Virus record (IMG/VR): IMGVR_UViG_3300026546_000010
Span: 1-39,925 of that record
Origin: a virus
Taxonomy: Duplodnaviria > Caudoviricetes
Strand: one strand, 5' to 3'
DNA length: 39,925 nucleotides
Notes under the pieces: generated by a model
Seen by the model: only the letters and a program-made list of their open reading frames with translations
Told to the model about the DNA's origin: nothing
Database searches by the model: none
In this document: positions 36,403 to 39,925 of the stretch, one piece after another
How positions within the stretch are numbered: the stretch's first letter is position 1
How the letters are laid out: the number at the start of each line of letters is the position of its first letter
Program-made: the position numbers and the translations under genes

Positions 36403-37602
36403 TTACCACCCCCTTGAAAGAATGCGTTGATCACTAAGATCAAATTCAAATTGCTTCCTGTTGAGACGCACATCATTACGCACGTCCCATAACACTGAAG
36501 AAGATGAATAGCTAAATGAGTCCAAAATCGGAGTATGTGGCACAAGATTATTAGCATCTTGAGTCACAAGCAACTTGGCGAGATCATCATCTACATCTGC
36601 AAGAAATTTAATAAACTCAAATGCTGCAAACATTTGGTTCAGATAAAACTTCTCTAAAGCAATAAGTCCATACGTTTCATTAAGGAACCCCACATCAACT
36701 GGAGGGTTAATCCGAAGAGAGATATATCTCCCTTTGTGAGTTAACGCAAACCAGTTGTGTCCCCTTGCTTGAAGCCTCTGACGAGTAGCCATGTCTGGGG
36801 CTCCAACGATAATATGATCAGTAGGGAATGTGCTAGTATAATAGTCATCATAGATAGCCTTCGGAGTCAACCTATTCATTAATCGTGTAGGAATTGAATT
36901 TATCTTCAATGTACCATTTGTTGGAACAAACGGAATTCTAGGTAAGTTATCAAATTCGTACTTATCATTATCTGCAACCCATATACTTTTAAACAAGCCA
37001 TCATAGTCTGCAATACGAGCAAACTCTGACATCCAGTAAAGCAGGTTAGACCCAGAGCCTCCAACTCCAAGCACAAACAATTGATGTTTTCTTTTCTTAA
37101 GCTTCGAGAGAACCCCTCTAAGCTCAGTCTTGCTATGGCTGATAAACTTGAGAATAACCTTATCAGGAATTTTTCTTACATCAAGATATTCAGCACATGA
37201 GTCAGTAAGAGCAACACATTTTTGACTTCGTATTTGTTTTTCATCATATGACACTGAAGGCTTAGTAACAATCCTAGAGAGCAAAGGAATATTGCGTACA
37301 AGATGTGTCATCAGAAATGCCTCTGCAAAATAATTCTTGTTGTTGTTTGTAACAACTGTTTTCTGAGAAGTTTCACGAAAATAGTATCGATTTACTAATC
37401 GTGACATCAAGGTTTTCCCCAAGTTCATTTCCTTATATCGGAAAAAAACATCGTTCGACAACCCTTTTGCTTTATAGCCATCATTTACAATTTCATGTCC
37501 ATTGGTTGATACCAATGAACCATCATTATCTTTAAAAGATGCCTTGCCATAATACTCCGATCCAGTAAAAAACGGAGCACTATATCCCTGTTTATTGTTC
37601 AT
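36403..37602 (-). CDS. ThiF/E1-like adenylating enzyme
   Basis: VLGVGGSGS, ADNDKYEFDNLPR, LKI, IVGAPD..TR, LNQMFAA. Confidence 0.82.
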   Translation of the reverse strand: MNNKQGYSAPFFTGSEYYGKASFKDNDGSLVSTNGHEIVNDGYKAKGLSNDVFFRYKEMNLGKTLMSRLVNRYYFRETSQKTVVTNNNKNYFAEAFLMTHLVRNIPLLSRIVTKPSVSYDEKQIRSQKCVALTDSCAEYLDVRKIPDKVILKFISHSKTELRGVLSKLKKRKHQLFVLGVGGSGSNLLYWMSEFARIADYDGLFKSIWVADNDKYEFDNLPRIPFVPTNGTLKINSIPTRLMNRLTPKAIYDDYYTSTFPTDHIIVGAPDMATRQRLQARGHNWFALTHKGRYISLRINPPVDVGFLNETYGLIALEKFYLNQMFAAFEFIKFLADVDDDLAKLLVTQDANNLVPHTPILDSFSYSSSSVLWDVRNDVRLNRKQFEFDLSDQRILSRGW

Positions 37603-37672
37603 TCTATCTCCCTTTGTAATATATTAGTAAAGACTAAAAAGATAATCTTAAATAATATATAAACACAAATAG

Positions 37673-37692
37673 GCCACGTATCTCTACGCGGC
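37673..37692 (-). terminator. GNRA-capped hairpin, probable attenuating terminator
   Basis: GCCGCGTA-GAGA-TACGTGGC then CTATTTGTGTTT, just after the 47-aa ORF. Confidence 0.6.
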
Positions 37693-37698
37693 ACAAAT

Positions 37699-37842
37699 TT
37701 AGATCCCAGAGTCACTTGACGCACTAAGTGTTTGTGAGCTAGGGGTTCTCACCTGTATAGGCTGACCGCCATTGGCAGCCCCTTTTTTCTCTACGGCCTC
37801 GCGGATAATCCGCTGAGCTTCTGTCTCTTTTTGCTCGGCCAT
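37699..37842 (-). CDS. 47-aa peptide, candidate conjugated modifier (not in ORF track)
   Basis: MAEQKETEAQRIIREAVEKKGAANGGQPIQVRTPSSQTLSASSDSGI; near-perfect RBS AAGGAGGTG; TAATG coupling to the upstream gene. Confidence 0.78.
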   Translation of the reverse strand: MAEQKETEAQRIIREAVEKKGAANGGQPIQVRTPSSQTLSASSDSGI

Positions 37843-38282
37843 TATTCACCTCCTTTATAAGTATCGTTACTGAAAAGACTAGAGTCGTCACATTCATCAT
37901 CGGCAGACTGCTCATCGACCTCTCCAAAGAGGTCAAACTCGTCAATAGCCTCAATGAATTGGTTCATCATTCCGCGAACATCCACGGAATTACCAAGGTC
38001 ACGCATTGCCGCATCAACCATTGCGGTTGACGCAGCTACCGCGTTGGGCTTGGTTGCGAACCACTTGATAACAACGCCTGCGAAGATGTTTGCCACGACA
38101 GCTTTACCCCAAGGGGTATAGAGATACTTTTTAGCCATCTTGCCTTTCCCTTTCAGGTTCTTGGCAATAATAGCTACAATGCGGTCATTGAGGACCCCAC
38201 CAATCTCTTGCTTCGTGACAGTCTTTGTGGCATCAGCGTTAGCTGCCATTAGTGCGGATAGTACCGCTTTTGTTTCGATCAT
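37842..38282 (-). CDS. Conserved phage protein (YxxTPxGKxVVAN family) with acidic tail
   Basis: 146 aa; RBS AAGGAG; Ala-rich helical; ends YKGGE. Confidence 0.7.
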   Translation of the reverse strand: MIETKAVLSALMAANADATKTVTKQEIGGVLNDRIVAIIAKNLKGKGKMAKKYLYTPWGKAVVANIFAGVVIKWFATKPNAVAASTAMVDAAMRDLGNSVDVRGMMNQFIEAIDEFDLFGEVDEQSADDECDDSSLFSNDTYKGGE

Positions 38283-38395
38283 TAGTTCTCCTTATGCATA
38301 AGAAAGATAGCCTTCAAAAGGCATAGCGACTCGATTGGTCTTACAACAACAGCCAAGCACAAATCATGTACTAGTGACCATGAATGCCAATATAT

Positions 38396-38608
38396 TTATG
38401 TGTGCAATGATTGGTTCTTACGCCTAATAGCTAAGCGATAGAGAACATAAGCACAAATCACACTGTTCCCGACAGGGAACAGTGCTAAGCAAAGAACGAA
38501 TAAGTATTGAAACAAAACATTTTTGTTTCTATACTCTAGTATCTTTCTCTTGAAAAAGCACAGTATAGTGATTGCGCTAAGCACATACATTCCGTAAACA
38601 AACAACAT
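38396..38608 (-). CDS. Small membrane protein
   Basis: 70 aa, two hydrophobic helices; TAATG coupling. Confidence 0.6.
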   Translation of the reverse strand: MLFVYGMYVLSAITILCFFKRKILEYRNKNVLFQYLFVLCLALFPVGNSVICAYVLYRLAIRRKNQSLHT

Positions 38609-39063
38609 TACGTCTCCTTTTTGTTCATTTCTACAAGAGCATTATGAGCATCCAGTAGGGCTTTTCTGTTTTTGTTTAACCAAGCGACACCATCTTTTGT
38701 CCAAGTGGACAAACGGGTGTCTGTCATCTTTGCCCATTGATCAGGGGTAAAGGCCTTACAAGAGATCTTTATCTTTTTCTCTGAAAAAGTAATCGGTCTC
38801 CCATCAACGAAAGAACCAACTAACCACTTAGTGGGGGTTCCCCATGCAGTGATCTTGTCAGCTCGAATTTCAAAATTCGTGACAAGATGACCATGCAAGA
38901 CAAGCTCCTTAACTCTAAGAACCCCATGTACACCGAGGTTCCCTCTAACGAGGAGTTTGTTATATTTTGCTCTACCAAAGATATAAACATCACCCTTGGA
39001 CTCAACAAAATCCTCTCTGTTATACACGTTCTTCGTCGAAACTATGTTGTCAAACAACATCAT
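38608..39063 (-). CDS. Beta-helix-like protein, paralog of 22037..22645
   Basis: LLVRGNLGVHGVLRVKELVLHG repeats; KISCK....DQW...D......W shared C-terminal domain. Confidence 0.6.
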   Translation of the reverse strand: MMLFDNIVSTKNVYNREDFVESKGDVYIFGRAKYNKLLVRGNLGVHGVLRVKELVLHGHLVTNFEIRADKITAWGTPTKWLVGSFVDGRPITFSEKKIKISCKAFTPDQWAKMTDTRLSTWTKDGVAWLNKNRKALLDAHNALVEMNKKET

Positions 39064-39266
39064 GCTTGATTCCTTCTTTCTTCTAGTTCTTTGATTTGGT
39101 CAACGAAATCATTAACACCGTTAGGATCTTCTGGATCAATATTGCTGAATAACTTCAGCATGTCAGAAGCGTAACCTCTCTCACTATCAGAGAGGGTATT
39201 ATCAGCCATAACTAGCATACCGATTCCATCAACCAATTCTTTAAGTTTGTCGTCTGTTATTGTCAT
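39060..39266 (-). CDS. Small acidic hypothetical protein
   Basis: 68 aa; RBS AAGGA; ATGA overlap. Confidence 0.65.
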   Translation of the reverse strand: MTITDDKLKELVDGIGMLVMADNTLSDSERGYASDMLKLFSNIDPEDPNGVNDFVDQIKELEERRNQA

Positions 39267-39359
39267 GTTTGTCCTTTAGGTTGGTATTAGGGCATTTTAC
39301 CCTAAAAACAATAACTTACTCTTGAGGATTTTCACTAAGATAAAAATATGGAAATCATT

Positions 39360-39394
39360 AAAAATAAGGAAAACTATCAGGGACTTTCGTCCCT
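39360..39394 (-). terminator. Intrinsic terminator
   Basis: AGGGAC-GAAA-GTCCCT followed by GATAGTTTTCCTTATTTTT. Confidence 0.65.
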
Positions 39395-39422
39395 AACAGC
39401 CATTATGAAAGGAGGAATAAAG

Positions 39423-39498
39423 TGGGCGAATCTATGAATCGAACATAGAACCGGAAGTGGTCGTATAGGGCTCACACAACCAGTGTACCTACTTCGCC
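39423..39498 (-). ncRNA. tRNA-like RNA or degenerate tRNA
   Basis: GGCGAA/TTCGCC closing stem, perfect T-arm CTATG-TTCGATT-CATAG, central 9-bp stem with 7-nt loop, 3' CCA-like end; no canonical D stem or U33. Confidence 0.5.
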
Positions 39499-39523
39499 AT
39501 AAAAGAGCAACGCGAAAGACGCG

Positions 39524-39757
39524 CTACTGTTCGTGTCTATCAAACTCAGTTACAGGGAAATATCCCCTAAACTCCTGATAGAGTTTTTTACCTCCTTTTT
39601 CTCTCTCCTTGTCTGTCGCCCTACGACAAATAAAGGAAATGTCATCAATAGATATAACAACATAGAAGTTGCTGCTGTACCTATTACCATTTATGCCAAC
39701 AAGCATAGGCTGTTTATTAACATAAACGGTTCTATTGGATAGTGGACCATCTAGCAT
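39524..39757 (-). CDS. Hypothetical protein
   Basis: Start MLDGPL after AAGGAG. Confidence 0.55.
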   Translation of the reverse strand: MLDGPLSNRTVYVNKQPMLVGINGNRYSSNFYVVISIDDISFICRRATDKEREKGGKKLYQEFRGYFPVTEFDRHEQ

Positions 39758-39836
39758 TTTTTCTCCTTTCATGTAGAAATAGAAAGGTACTAAGATAAAG
39801 TACATATCTATTCCTACATAGATAGACATAAAAAGA

Positions 39837-39903
39837 GGAACCCCCCTCTAGCAATGCTATGCATACAGGAGGTGTATTATATCGCAACTTGCTTGGGGGT
39901 TCC
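39837..39903. other. Long imperfect stem-loop closed by GGAACCCCC/GGGGGTTCC
   Basis: Nested pairings GGAACCCCC/GGGGGTTCC, AGCAA/TTGCT, TGC/GCA, ATACA/TGTAT around loop GGAGG. Confidence 0.55.
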
Positions 39904-39925
39904 AGTATTGGCGGGGGTTCTCACC

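Larger units (their letters stand above)
1481..39920. repeat. Dispersed heptamer GGGGTTC/GAACCCC, about 58 copies
   Basis: Manual count: 32 on + and 26 on - strand, spread across the whole window. Confidence 0.88.
1..39925. mobile_element. Fragment of an N4-like (Schitoviridae-like) lytic phage genome
   Basis: Giant single-subunit virion RNAP behind gp54/53/52/51-like genes, convergent with a resolvase-SSB-AAA-primase block as in N4; lysis cassette; no host housekeeping genes or integrase seen. Confidence 0.88.

Noticed and set aside
37842-37856. Pupylation system suggested by the C-terminal GGE
   Set aside because: No PafA/Dop-like ligase in the window, and the codons double as the next gene's Shine-Dalgarno sequence
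37739-37954. 71-aa ORF from the track upstream of E1
   Set aside because: It overlaps the 146-aa gene out of frame; the 47-aa ORF with a strong RBS and TAATG coupling explains the region better

Overview
The window is an AT-rich fragment of a lytic tailed phage with N4-like (Schitoviridae-like) organisation. A Gram-negative host is implied by the spanins; Campylobacterota is only a guess. The + strand (1-16113) carries virion/ejection genes ending in a virion RNA polymerase. That polymerase appears split into a 1260-aa N-terminal part with a thermonuclease-like domain and a 2363-aa polymerase with DEDDh exonuclease and zincin domains. The - strand (16069-39925) carries early/middle genes: RusA, SSB, tRNA-CAT, dUTPase, AAA ATPase, primase, SF2 helicase and a Cas4-like nuclease, interrupted by an inverted holin-spanin-endolysin cassette. 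Main findings: (1) a phage-encoded ubiquitin-like conjugation cluster (ThiF/E1, E2-like, JAB) preceded by an unannotated 47-aa non-beta-grasp peptide ending in -SG-I; (2) about 58 copies of the heptamer GGGGTTC on both strands and in several reading frames; (3) single terminal cysteines facing each other across the vRNAP split; (4) five circularly permuted DUF1566 units with a DGR-like codon signature; (5) a catalytically eroded dUTPase paralog and a tRNA-like RNA. All calls come from manual motif reading; no searches were run.
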